Numbered from the stretch's first letter, positions 17,765-27,140 are shown. The stretch is DNA of 27,681 nucleotides from an uncultured Phycisphaerales bacterium (GCA_938084645.1 CALKEP010000051.1:1-27681); one strand, 5' to 3'. Made by a program: numbers and translations. The notes: generated by a model from the sequence alone, not told the origin.

Positions 17765-19591
17765 GTGAAGAACGACCGCATCAACCTGACCGGCCTCTGG
17801 GGATTGATGCGGGAGGACCGAAGGACCTTCGCCCTCGCCCTCGCATCGCTCGTGGTCGCCGCGTGCCTGCTCTACCTCGTCCCACTGGTCCCCCAGGCGG
17901 TGATCGACGGCGTGCTCGGCGACGAGCCCGAGCGCATCACGGATGCGAGCCGACGACTCGTCGGCTGGATGGGCGGTCGCGAACACGTCCGCGAGAACCT
18001 GTGGATCCCGCTGGTCTGGATCGCGATCATCGCGGGGCTCGCCGGGGTCGCGACCTACGGTCGGCAGCGGTGGTCGGCGAAGGCCAGCCAGAACGCCGCC
18101 AAACGCATCCGCGACCGACTTCAGGACCAGGTCCAGCGAATCGAACTTCGAAGATTCGATCAGCTCGACAGCGGCGACCTGCTGCAGCGTTGCACGTCGG
18201 ACGTCGACACCACCCAGACCTTTCTCTCCATGCAGGCGGTCGAAGTGGGTCGCGCCCTGGTGATGTTCCTGGTGCCGCTGCCGATCATGTTCGCGACGGA
18301 CTGGCGGATGGCGCTGGCCGCGATCTGGCTCGTGCCGATCATCCTCTGGTTCTCGCTGCACTACTTCCGGCGGGTGCGGGCGGTGTTCCGCGAAAAGGAC
18401 GAGGCCGAGGGACGCCTGACCTCCAACGTGACCGAGAACCTGGTCGGCATCCGCGTGGTGAAGGCCTTCAACCGGCAGGCGCACGAGATCGATCGGTTCC
18501 GCACCTCGAATCAGGACTACCGCACCCTCGACGAACGGCTGTACCGGATCTTCGCACGCTTCTGGAGTCTCTCCGACCTGCTCTGCTTCATGCAGCAGGC
18601 CTCGGTCATCCTGATCGGCGCCTGGCTCCTCGTGACCGACCGGATCCTGGTGGGCGAGTTCTACTTCTTCTTCGCCGCGGTCGGAATGTTCCTCTGGCCG
18701 GTGCGGATGATGGGGCGGATCCTCGCGGAACTGGGCAAGGCGACGGTCGCGGTCGAGCGGATCGAGGAGATCCTCGCGATGCCGGTGGAGACCGACGCCC
18801 CCGACGCGGAGACCCCTCCCCGCTCGGACGGCCGGATCGAGATCCGCGACCTCGTGTTCAGCCACGCCGAGGATGCCCCGGTGCTTCGCGGCGTGGACCT
18901 CGACGTCGCCTCGGGCGAGACGGTCGCGATCGTCGGTCCCTCGGGTGGCGGCAAGAGCACGCTCATCAACCTGTTGCTCCGCTTCTACGAGCCCGACGGC
19001 GGGACCATCCGACTCGGAGGCGTGGACGTCGATTCGATGCCGCGCTCGACGCTCCGTGGACGGATCGCCGCGGTGCTCCAGCAGCCGTTTCTCTTCAGCC
19101 GGACGATCCGCGAGAACATCAGCCTCTCCGCCCCGGAAGCCGACGATGCGATGATCGAGACCGCGACGATCGACGCCTCGATCCACGAGTCGATCCAGCG
19201 ATTCGAGTCGGGTTATGAAACCGTCGTGGGCGAGCGGGGTGTCACGCTCTCGGGCGGTCAGCGACAGCGGGTGGCGATCGCCCAGGCCCTGCTTCAGGAT
19301 CCCGACGTGCTGGTGCTCGACGACGCCCTTTCCGCCGTGGACACCGAAACCGAACGCACGATCCTCGACGCGATCCGATCGCGGCGCGGCCGACACACGA
19401 CCCTCATCATCGCCCACCGCCTCTCGACGCTTCGTGAAGCCGATCGGATCGTGGTGCTCGCCGAAGGACGGGTCACCCAGCAGGGCACCCACGCGGAACT
19501 GCGAGACGCGCCGGGTCTCTACCGCCGACTCTGGGAGATCCAGGATCGCGTGGTCGCGGACGCCGACGGTCCGGAAGGCGGTGACGCATGA
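17765..19591 (+). CDS. ABC exporter half-transporter (TMD-NBD), subunit 1
   Basis: TM domain plus Walker A GPSGGGKST, LSGGQ signature, Walker B VLVLDD. GTG start at 17765 preferred over TTG 17717. Confidence 0.92.
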   Translation: MKNDRINLTGLWGLMREDRRTFALALASLVVAACLLYLVPLVPQAVIDGVLGDEPERITDASRRLVGWMGGREHVRENLWIPLVWIAIIAGLAGVATYGRQRWSAKASQNAAKRIRDRLQDQVQRIELRRFDQLDSGDLLQRCTSDVDTTQTFLSMQAVEVGRALVMFLVPLPIMFATDWRMALAAIWLVPIILWFSLHYFRRVRAVFREKDEAEGRLTSNVTENLVGIRVVKAFNRQAHEIDRFRTSNQDYRTLDERLYRIFARFWSLSDLLCFMQQASVILIGAWLLVTDRILVGEFYFFFAAVGMFLWPVRMMGRILAELGKATVAVERIEEILAMPVETDAPDAETPPRSDGRIEIRDLVFSHAEDAPVLRGVDLDVASGETVAIVGPSGGGKSTLINLLLRFYEPDGGTIRLGGVDVDSMPRSTLRGRIAAVLQQPFLFSRTIRENISLSAPEADDAMIETATIDASIHESIQRFESGYETVVGERGVTLSGGQRQRVAIAQALLQDPDVLVLDDALSAVDTETERTILDAIRSRRGRHTTLIIAHRLSTLREADRIVVLAEGRVTQQGTHAELRDAPGLYRRLWEIQDRVVADADGPEGGDA

Positions 19592-21438
19592 CCGAGGCCA
19601 CCGAACCCGAGGACGACTTCAAGCCCCGACACGTCGACTGGCGGCTTTGGCGCCGCATCGCCGGTCATCTGCGGCCGTATCCCCGATACGTCCTGACCAT
19701 GATCGGCTGCGGGCTGCTGCTCGCGGTCGTCGAGGTGCTTCTGCCGCTGGTCACCGCGGGAATCATCGACGAGGCGACGGGCCCCGGACGGTTCGAACGG
19801 ATCGCGATGCTCGGCGGCGTCTACGCCGGGCTGCTCGGGTGCTTCGCGCTGCTCGTCTGGCGATTCATCACCGCGGCGGGGCTGATCGCGACCAGCGTGG
19901 CGTACGACCTTCGCGAGTCGTCCTTCGCCCGTCTCCAGGCGCTCCCCTTCAGCTACTTCGACGTCCGGTCGACCGGCTGGCTGGTGGCTCGGGTCACGAG
20001 CGACGTCACCAAGGTCACCGGCCTTCTTCCCTGGTTCCTGCTCGACCTCGGCTGGGGCACCACGATGCTGGTGGGGATCTTCACCGCGATGATGCTGGTC
20101 GATCCCCAGCTCGGACTCGCGGTCTCGCTGATCGTGCCGCCGATGGCGATCGCCACCTGGTGGTTCAAGCGACGGATGCTGGAGTCGAGTCGACGCATCC
20201 GCGCCGCGAACTCCCGGATCACCGCGTCCTACAACGAGACGATCGCGGGCGTGCGGACCACCCGGATGCTCGCCCGCGAGGAGACCGCCGCCGAGGAGTT
20301 CCGGGTCGTCTCCGAGGACATGCGGGCGTGGACCGTTCGGAACGCACTGCAGTCGGCGGTCTACCTTCCGATCGTGATGAGCATGGGATCGATCGGCGTC
20401 GGGATCGCGCTCTGGGCGGGTGGCGTCCAGGTGCGGGAGGAGACGGGCCTCACGCTCGGTCTGCTCATCGCGTTCATGCAGTACGCGATGCTGTTCTCGC
20501 AACCCATCCAGGAACTCGCCCAGCGATTCGTCGATCTCCAGAGCGCGCAGGCGGCGGCGGAACGGGTGCAGGAGTTGATCGAGGAGACGCCGGCGATTCG
20601 AGATTCGCCCGAGGTCGCCGCCCGCATCGCCGCGACGCCCGCGGATCCGCCGGAAGGCGTCGCGGCCGACGGCGGCCGGGCGCTGGTCGAGACGATTCGC
20701 TTCGAAGCCGTCGGTCATGCCTACGTCGAGGGCGAACGCGTGCTCGACGACGTCTCGTTCGAACTCTCCCGAGGGACCACGCTCGCCCTCGTCGGTTCGA
20801 CCGGCAGCGGCAAGACCACGATCGCCGGCCTGCTCGCCCGCTGGTACGAGCCCTCCGAGGGTCGGATCCTCGTCGACGGGGTCGACTACCGGGAACGCGG
20901 CCTCGACTGGTGGCAGTCGCAGTTCGGGGTGGTGCAGCAGGTGCCCCACCTCTTCTCCGGAACGATCCGCGACAACGTCGGCTACGGACGCCTCGACGCC
21001 GACGATGACGCGATCCTCGCGGCGATCGAACGGGTCCGCGCCCTCGAGTTCGTCGAGGCGCTCGAAGGCGGACTCGATTTCGAGGTCGGCGAGGGCGGCG
21101 GCAATCTCTCGCAGGGACAGCGGCAGCTGGTCTCCCTCGCCCGGGCGTTTCTCGCCGATCCGCAGTTGTTCATCATGGACGAAGCCACGTCCTCGGTCGA
21201 CGCCGAGACCGAAGCGACGATCCAGAACGCCGTCGACGAGATTCTCCGCGACCGGATCGCGGTGGTGATCGCCCATCGACTCTCCACGATCCGGCGGGCC
21301 GATCTGATCCTCCTGCTCGACCAGGGACGGATCGTCGAGCGTGGAAGCCACGAGGCGCTGATGGCGGCGGGCGGACGGTACCGAACGCTCTACCTCGCGC
21401 AGTTCGTCGACGAGGCGGAGCGCCGCATTCTCGGTTGA
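19588..21438 (+). CDS. ABC exporter half-transporter (TMD-NBD), subunit 2
   Basis: ATGA overlap with subunit 1; GSTGSGKTT, LSQGQ, FIMDEATSSVD, IAHRLST. Confidence 0.93.
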   Translation: MTEATEPEDDFKPRHVDWRLWRRIAGHLRPYPRYVLTMIGCGLLLAVVEVLLPLVTAGIIDEATGPGRFERIAMLGGVYAGLLGCFALLVWRFITAAGLIATSVAYDLRESSFARLQALPFSYFDVRSTGWLVARVTSDVTKVTGLLPWFLLDLGWGTTMLVGIFTAMMLVDPQLGLAVSLIVPPMAIATWWFKRRMLESSRRIRAANSRITASYNETIAGVRTTRMLAREETAAEEFRVVSEDMRAWTVRNALQSAVYLPIVMSMGSIGVGIALWAGGVQVREETGLTLGLLIAFMQYAMLFSQPIQELAQRFVDLQSAQAAAERVQELIEETPAIRDSPEVAARIAATPADPPEGVAADGGRALVETIRFEAVGHAYVEGERVLDDVSFELSRGTTLALVGSTGSGKTTIAGLLARWYEPSEGRILVDGVDYRERGLDWWQSQFGVVQQVPHLFSGTIRDNVGYGRLDADDDAILAAIERVRALEFVEALEGGLDFEVGEGGGNLSQGQRQLVSLARAFLADPQLFIMDEATSSVDAETEATIQNAVDEILRDRIAVVIAHRLSTIRRADLILLLDQGRIVERGSHEALMAAGGRYRTLYLAQFVDEAERRILG

Positions 21439-21443
21439 TCCGG

Positions 21444-21466
21444 GAGGCGTCGGCGGGTCACGCCTC
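21444..21466. terminator. Weak hairpin between convergent genes
   Basis: GAGGCGT-(9 nt)-ACGCCTC; no U tract. Confidence 0.25.
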
Positions 21467-21483
21467 GAGTGACGAGGTCGCGT

Positions 21484-21861
21484 TCAACGATCCGCGACCT
21501 CGAGCACGCATGCGAGCATCGCCTCCGACTCGCCGAAGACCCGACCGATCCCCACGAGTTCGGAGAGGTCCTCGCTGCCGAGGAAACAGGCGATCGATCG
21601 GAGGATCATCCGTGCATAGGCCTCGCCGATCCCGGTTCGGCCATGGTCCGCCCAGACCCGCCGGAGCGAAGGGAGTCCGGCGAGCGCGAAGACCATCGGA
21701 CCTCGGATGCCCGAGGGCATCGCCTTCACCCGAGCCTTGATCTCGGCCTCGTCGATCGGGCCGAGCAGGTCGTTGTCCCGCGCGACCTGGGCCACGACCC
21801 GCTTCTCCACCCGGTCGAGAATCGCCTCGACCTCGGACGATCGTTCTTCGTGGTCGTTCAT
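21484..21861 (-). CDS. Hypothetical 125-aa protein coupled to ccsA
   Basis: ATG 21861 overlaps the ccsA stop (ATGA). MNDHEERSSEVEAILDRVEKRV... has protein-like composition, unlike the upstream part of the 436-aa track ORF. Confidence 0.65.
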   Translation of the reverse strand: MNDHEERSSEVEAILDRVEKRVVAQVARDNDLLGPIDEAEIKARVKAMPSGIRGPMVFALAGLPSLRRVWADHGRTGIGEAYARMILRSIACFLGSEDLSELVGIGRVFGESEAMLACVLEVADR

Positions 21862-23648
21862 GCGTAGGAATGCAGTCCGGAGATGACGAAGTTGATCACG
21901 ATCCAGTTGAACAACATCACGCCGCAACCGATCACCGCGAGGATCGCGGTCCAGAGGCCCTTGTCCCGGGCCTTGAGTCGGACGTGGACGAGGATCGCGA
22001 AGATCACGAAGGTGTTCAACGCGAACACCTCCTTCGGGTCCCAGCCCCAGGGACGACCCCAGGAGTGATCGGCCCAGATCGCCCCCATCACGATGCCGGC
22101 CCAGAGCAGCACGAAGCTCACTTCCATCAGGAGCATCGTGCTCCCGTCGAGGATCTCCCCGAACCGGTCGCGGCGTCGGGCGGCGTCCGGTGTCTCCTCG
22201 AGGTCCGCCAGCGTGTGACCGTCGGGACCCGCGAGGACCAGGGCCCCCGCCCCACCCGCCCGCGCGTAGACCGCGCGACCGCCGAAGAGGCGATAGGCCA
22301 GATACAGCGTCGCGGTGACCGCGGCCATGAAGATCAGGGCGTAGCTGAAGATGATCACGTTGGTGTGGATGTAGAGCCAGACGTCGTGCAGCACCGGCAT
22401 CATGTTCGAGATGTTCGGATTCAGGTACACGGGGAGGAAGTGCGCGGTCATCAGGGCGACCATCGCGGTCACCCCCGCTCCGAGCGGCAGCAGGCCGCGG
22501 AAGGACGTCCGGCGAAGCCACAGGATCTCGAGCAGTACGGCGCAGATGACCCCGAACCAACTGGCGGTGGTGACCGCCTCGAACATGTTCGAGTTGGGCC
22601 AGCGGCCGCTGATCCACCACCGGAGTCCCACCGCGAAGGTCTGGAGGCCGAAGGCGGCGAGGAAGACCACCATGCCGGTGGTCATCGCCCATCGCCATCG
22701 ATAGACCACGCCGAGGAGCAGGAAGACGATCGACGCCATGTAGATCAACCAGCCTCGAGTGAGCTGGTCGGCCTCGAAGTACCAGTTCTCCCACGCGAGT
22801 CGTGCCGCGGGCGGATACGCCGCGGGATTCATCTCACGCGAGATCCCGGCCAGGGTCAGCGACGCGGCTTCGACGCCCGCGCCATCCTCCGCGGTCCAGG
22901 CGTTCACCAGTTCCCGCCACGCGGTCGCGGCCTTTCGCTGGAGCTCGGGGTCGATGCCCGTGATCGGCTCCTGCTCGGGGAGACCGGCGAGCTCCGGATC
23001 CATGGTGGTGGCGTCGCCGGGCAGGAACATGATCTCCGCGAGCCCGTGCCACGCCGCGTCCGACTCGCCGTCCCCCGGGGGAATCACTCGAAGACGGTCG
23101 AGCAGGAAGGCCGGGGACATGACGGTGCGGGCCGCGTTGATCGCGTCGACCTGCTTGGCGGTCCGGATCAGGTCGGACTCCATGCGCTTCAGGATCGGAC
23201 CGACCTCGGGGCGGTCGAGCAGTTCGGGCGAGATGAGCCCGGACTTCCGGAAGATCTCCATCCGGGCCGCGAGCTCGGGATCCGTCCCCTCGATCGCGCT
23301 CGCCAGCGTGTTGCGGACGAGCTTGTTCTTGATGTAGATGCAATCCGCGTCGCGATACGCGTCGGGGCGGAAGAGCATGTCGAGATAGGTGAAGCTCGGC
23401 GACCGGCCCGCGATCAGCCGGGGTCCGCTCACCGAATCCATGACGGTGTTCGCGTGGGAACCGAAACTCTTGATCCGCCCCTGCACGTGGACCGCCATCG
23501 CCCCGAACGGTTCGAGGTCGAGCGTCATCGCCCAGTCGCCGGGCTCCTCGGTGGCCTGCAGGGGCGCCGCATTCAGGGGCGCGGCGTTCAGAAGAAGAAG
23601 CAGCAGGACCGCGAGGATCCCGGACACCCGTCGTTCGATGCCGCTCAT
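21858..23648 (-). CDS. ccsA: Cytochrome c biogenesis protein CcsA/ResC (System II) with extra N-terminal extracytoplasmic domain
   Basis: WWD motif GAIWADHSWGRPWGWDPKE; His in WLYIHT, ILVHVR and GLHSYA; P.SNMFE; start MSGIERR at 23648 overlaps the upstream stop (ATGA). Confidence 0.92.
   Translation of the reverse strand: MSGIERRVSGILAVLLLLLLNAAPLNAAPLQATEEPGDWAMTLDLEPFGAMAVHVQGRIKSFGSHANTVMDSVSGPRLIAGRSPSFTYLDMLFRPDAYRDADCIYIKNKLVRNTLASAIEGTDPELAARMEIFRKSGLISPELLDRPEVGPILKRMESDLIRTAKQVDAINAARTVMSPAFLLDRLRVIPPGDGESDAAWHGLAEIMFLPGDATTMDPELAGLPEQEPITGIDPELQRKAATAWRELVNAWTAEDGAGVEAASLTLAGISREMNPAAYPPAARLAWENWYFEADQLTRGWLIYMASIVFLLLGVVYRWRWAMTTGMVVFLAAFGLQTFAVGLRWWISGRWPNSNMFEAVTTASWFGVICAVLLEILWLRRTSFRGLLPLGAGVTAMVALMTAHFLPVYLNPNISNMMPVLHDVWLYIHTNVIIFSYALIFMAAVTATLYLAYRLFGGRAVYARAGGAGALVLAGPDGHTLADLEETPDAARRRDRFGEILDGSTMLLMEVSFVLLWAGIVMGAIWADHSWGRPWGWDPKEVFALNTFVIFAILVHVRLKARDKGLWTAILAVIGCGVMLFNWIVINFVISGLHSYA
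23559..23588. repeat. 15-bp imperfect tandem duplication encoding LNAAP-LNAAP in the CcsA signal region
   Basis: CAGGGGCGCCGCATT followed by CAGGGGCGCGGCGTT. Confidence 0.6.
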
Positions 23649-26116
23649 GCGGACACCTCCGCGTTCGGCGACGCCTTGGCGCGGGCGTAGACCGCTTCCC
23701 GACGTCGCTGCTTGAGGATGGGTTTCACGTAGAAGGCGTAGATCATCCCGACCACGGCGATCACGCAGCCGAGCAGCTGGAGGTACACCCCGTTCCGGTT
23801 GCCCACACCCAGCACGGTGTAGTTGAGGCCCGCGCTGGCGACGTCGCCCTGGAAACGAGGCTGGTCGGGCGGATCCCACTGGGCCTGGAAGAACCACATG
23901 CCGTCGTGCTCGACCGGCGCGTTGACGCTGACCGGACTCGGCTCGCTCCACGTGGTCTCGCCCGGCTCCCGGAAGCGCAGCATGCTGGTGTAGTTCCGGA
24001 TGTTCGAGGAGTCCCCGTCGAAGTCCCCGATGTGCGAGGTGAGGATGAACTCCTCGAGCGAGACCTCGGTGGGAAGCTCGATCCGGCGGCGGCTGAAGAG
24101 CACTTCGATCAGTCGTCCATCCGCGAGTCGGATCACGTCCGGTTCGTAGACATGTCGGCGAAGGACCCATTCCGGGCCGTCGAAGGGATACGCGTGGTAC
24201 CGCAGCCACGGCGACTCACTGGCTCCCGGAACCCCGAGCCGGAGCCGCGCGAAGAACTCCTTGGCGTCCTTCACCCGCTGCGTCGGCGGCACGATGAAGG
24301 GCTTTCGTTCGAACACCGCGCGCGGTTCGTACCGCGTGACCTCGAGTTCAAGACCGCCGGGGATCGGGACCACCGTTCCCGGCGTGATCTCGAACATCTC
24401 GGGCTGGTCGACCCCGATGGTGCTGGCGAGCCGGAGCCGTCCCGGCTCGGGACCCGCGAGCAGCGTCAGCAGGGCCCCGCCGGTGCCCGGTCGGTAGTAC
24501 ATCTGGATCGAGTCGTCTCCGACGATCGGGCCGGCGTGATTCTCACCGCGATCCATCGGCGCCCCGTCGATCACGTCGCGGGTGAGCATCGGATCGTCGA
24601 ACACCCAGCGGCGAAAGATCCCCTTCGGCGTGGTGAGCTCGATGATCGCGACCGAGACCGTCTCGCTTCCGATCGCGAGATCGTCCTGGATTCCGAGCAC
24701 CCGGTAGCCGTATCCGGTCTCGCCGATGCGGTTGATGACCGGATCCGCCTCGCCCGAGAAGATCTCGGAGATCGGTCGTTCGACCATGAAGCCGATCTCC
24801 GGGATCTCGACCCGAAGCGTGGGGTTCGAGTCGACCTCCTCGAGGTCCGCTTCGGATTCGAGGGCGCGAAACACCATCAGCCCGCCGTCGGCGGCGCTCC
24901 GCTCCGGATCGAACGCCTCGAGCACGTAGTCGGTGGACCGGTCCATCGACGGTGCGCTGATCCTCACCCAGGCGGTCGGATTGAGCGGGGCGTCGGGTCC
25001 GCCCCGGGTGGCGCGAGACCGCATGACCGCGTATCGGAGGTACCCCGTCGCGGAGAAGACGAGATCCGGCGCCGGATCATCCGTGGAGACCGCGGGAATC
25101 GAGACGTCGATGGGATCGATCGGCACCGGATCCATCGTGGATTCGGTCCAGACCCAGTCTCGATCCGCGACGTAGTCGTTGTAGAGGAAGCCCCCGTCGA
25201 TCGGCCGCTCCACCCAGTCCTTGCTCCCGACCTCCCGGAGATAGAGGGCCCAGCTCTTGGAAAGGTTGTTCGCGAGGAAGAGGTGGTCGGTCGGCGCGAA
25301 CTCGAGTCCGACGAGAAGATCCGGATCGAACAGTCGCTCCCCGTTCAACTTGACGTTCCGCTGGAACGGCTGCTGCGGATCGTCGGAGAAGACGAGATCC
25401 TCGGTGTACTCGGGGTAGCCCGCGATCGTCTGGCGGATGAACCGTTCGCCGTCTCCGCGCTGGACGAGCAGGTTGACGCTGAACGCCCGCTCGCCGGCGT
25501 CGTCGCCCGAGAGCAGTTCCCAGGACGGATCGATGCTCTGGACACTGATGTCGTAGGTGTCATCGCCCACCCCCACCGTCGCCACGTTCCCCGGCATCGC
25601 CAGGATCTTCGTCCGGTCGAGCACGCCTCCGCCGTCGCCGTTGTCCACGAGGGCGATGGTGATCGCGCGGCGGGCGACGGGTGCGTCGCCCTCGATCTTC
25701 GTCGCGAAGTAGTAGACGCTCGCGAGGGAGAGCGTGATGATCCCGGTGTGGATCATCCAGACCCCGAGGTTGATCGTGTTGAAGGGGATCCGCCGCAGGG
25801 TGGTGACCGTCATGTTCACGCAGAGCAGGATCATCAACAGGTTGAACGGCCACCAGTGGAACCACTCGAATTCGGTCATCTCGAGCCCCCGCCACTGCCG
25901 CATCTGGGCGTGGGTCCACGCGTCGGGGTGCAGGAGGTTCGGATGCGTCGGATAGACGATCCCGGCGGAGCCGACGCTCATGTAGACGAACAGGAGCACG
26001 AGCAGCAGGATCCCGAACTTCACGTTCGAGAAAAGGTCGAACAAGAGCCCGAATGGCCCCTTCGACGGTCGCGCCGCATCGCCATCCGTGGTCGTCTTCG
26101 GGCCGTTCGATTGCAT
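23645..26116 (-). CDS. resB: ResB/CcsB-like cytochrome c biogenesis protein (823 aa)
   Basis: N-terminal TMs FSNVKFGILLL..., FHWWPF.LL..LL.VN, GVWMIHTGII (conserved His); late NYTS.L...SVNAP..H.G..FFQ, YTVLGV and a final TM; directly upstream of ccsA. Confidence 0.82.
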   Translation of the reverse strand: MQSNGPKTTTDGDAARPSKGPFGLLFDLFSNVKFGILLLVLLFVYMSVGSAGIVYPTHPNLLHPDAWTHAQMRQWRGLEMTEFEWFHWWPFNLLMILLCVNMTVTTLRRIPFNTINLGVWMIHTGIITLSLASVYYFATKIEGDAPVARRAITIALVDNGDGGGVLDRTKILAMPGNVATVGVGDDTYDISVQSIDPSWELLSGDDAGERAFSVNLLVQRGDGERFIRQTIAGYPEYTEDLVFSDDPQQPFQRNVKLNGERLFDPDLLVGLEFAPTDHLFLANNLSKSWALYLREVGSKDWVERPIDGGFLYNDYVADRDWVWTESTMDPVPIDPIDVSIPAVSTDDPAPDLVFSATGYLRYAVMRSRATRGGPDAPLNPTAWVRISAPSMDRSTDYVLEAFDPERSAADGGLMVFRALESEADLEEVDSNPTLRVEIPEIGFMVERPISEIFSGEADPVINRIGETGYGYRVLGIQDDLAIGSETVSVAIIELTTPKGIFRRWVFDDPMLTRDVIDGAPMDRGENHAGPIVGDDSIQMYYRPGTGGALLTLLAGPEPGRLRLASTIGVDQPEMFEITPGTVVPIPGGLELEVTRYEPRAVFERKPFIVPPTQRVKDAKEFFARLRLGVPGASESPWLRYHAYPFDGPEWVLRRHVYEPDVIRLADGRLIEVLFSRRRIELPTEVSLEEFILTSHIGDFDGDSSNIRNYTSMLRFREPGETTWSEPSPVSVNAPVEHDGMWFFQAQWDPPDQPRFQGDVASAGLNYTVLGVGNRNGVYLQLLGCVIAVVGMIYAFYVKPILKQRRREAVYARAKASPNAEVSA

Positions 26117-26206
26117 TGCTGGAGTTGACTCCGACTTTCCACGGATGACGGGGAGTCCGTCACGGAGGAGCCGCCTCCCGACGACTCCGAAGCGAGCAGA
26201 GCATGA

Positions 26207-26212
26207 ATGGTA
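26207..26212 (-). promoter_or_regulatory. Putative -10 box TACCAT for resB-ccsA
   Basis: TANNNT about 90 nt upstream of ATG 26116. Confidence 0.4.
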
Positions 26213-26374
26213 GGACCTTGGGTTTCGATCGGTTCCAAGCCCACGACGCACTTCGTGAAAAAAATCCCGAAATCCCGGACACGAAATTCCGCATTCAAGC
26301 GTTGCGATCCGCCCCGAGCGGGCCGACCGCCACGGTCCTGATCGTGAACACCTCCCGACCCACGCCGGTCGCCG

Positions 26375-26380
26375 TACCAT
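26375..26380 (+). promoter_or_regulatory. Putative -10 box TACCAT for the cyclophilin operon
   Basis: TANNNT 58 nt upstream of ATG 26439; same hexamer as the divergent promoter. Confidence 0.4.
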
Positions 26381-26438
26381 TCGACTTCCGGCGACTGAAT
26401 CGCGCCGACTTCACCGTGACCCCAGGGATTTCAAAACC

Positions 26439-27140
26439 ATGCTTCGATCCGTCTCGACGTCCGCGCTCCTGCTCATCATCCTGCTCGGCCTCTCCCCCGT
26501 CGCCGAAGCGAGCTACGCGACCATCAAGACCACGCTCGGGACCATCGTGGTCGAGCTCGACGACGAGAAGGCGCCGATCAGCGTCGCCAACTTCAAGATG
26601 TACGCGAAGGAGGGCTTCTACGACAAGACTCTCTTCCATCGCGTGATCCCAGGCTTCATGGTTCAGGGCGGTGGCTTCGACCACCACGGCGCCTACCCGC
26701 AGACGATGCACAAGAAGCCCGGTGCGAAGGCCGGCATCAAGAACGAATGGACCAACGGCCAGAAGAACAAGCGAGCGACGCTCGCGATGGCCCGCCTCGG
26801 CAACCAGCCGGACTCGGCCACCAACCAGTTCTTCATCAATCTCGCGGACAACGACTTCCTCGACCAGCCCCGTGACGGCGCCGGCTACGCGGTCTTCGGC
26901 AAGGTGATCGGTGGCATGGACGTGGTCGACAAGATCGCCGGCGTGCCCACCACCCGACTTCCGAACGGCATGGGCGACGTGCCCACCCAGCCGATGATGA
27001 TCGAGTCGATCGCGTTCGTCACCAAGGCCGAGGCCGACAAGGCGATCGTCGCGGACGCCCAGGCCCGCGTGGATGCGCTGCAGGCGGAACTCGACGCGGC
27101 GAAGAAGGCGCTCGAGGCGCTCAAGAAGGGTGGCGAATGA
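26439..27140 (+). CDS. ppiA: Exported cyclophilin-type peptidyl-prolyl isomerase with C-terminal coiled coil
   Basis: Signal peptide ending [47 protein letters not shown]. Confidence 0.93.
   Translation: MLRSVSTSALLLIILLGLSPVAEASYATIKTTLGTIVVELDDEKAPISVANFKMYAKEGFYDKTLFHRVIPGFMVQGGGFDHHGAYPQTMHKKPGAKAGIKNEWTNGQKNKRATLAMARLGNQPDSATNQFFINLADNDFLDQPRDGAGYAVFGKVIGGMDVVDKIAGVPTTRLPNGMGDVPTQPMMIESIAFVTKAEADKAIVADAQARVDALQAELDAAKKALEALKKGGE

Noticed and set aside
21862..22794. First ~310 aa of the 436-aa track ORF 21484-22794
   Set aside because: Alternative frame inside ccsA with low-complexity Arg/Pro composition; only the part from ATG 21861 looks real.
15908..26128. Long opposite-strand ORFs 15908-17530(-), 17588-19492(-), 19519-21351(-), 21870-23690(+), 23906-26128(+)
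   Set aside because: Shadows of the ligase, ABC exporter, ccsA and resB genes.
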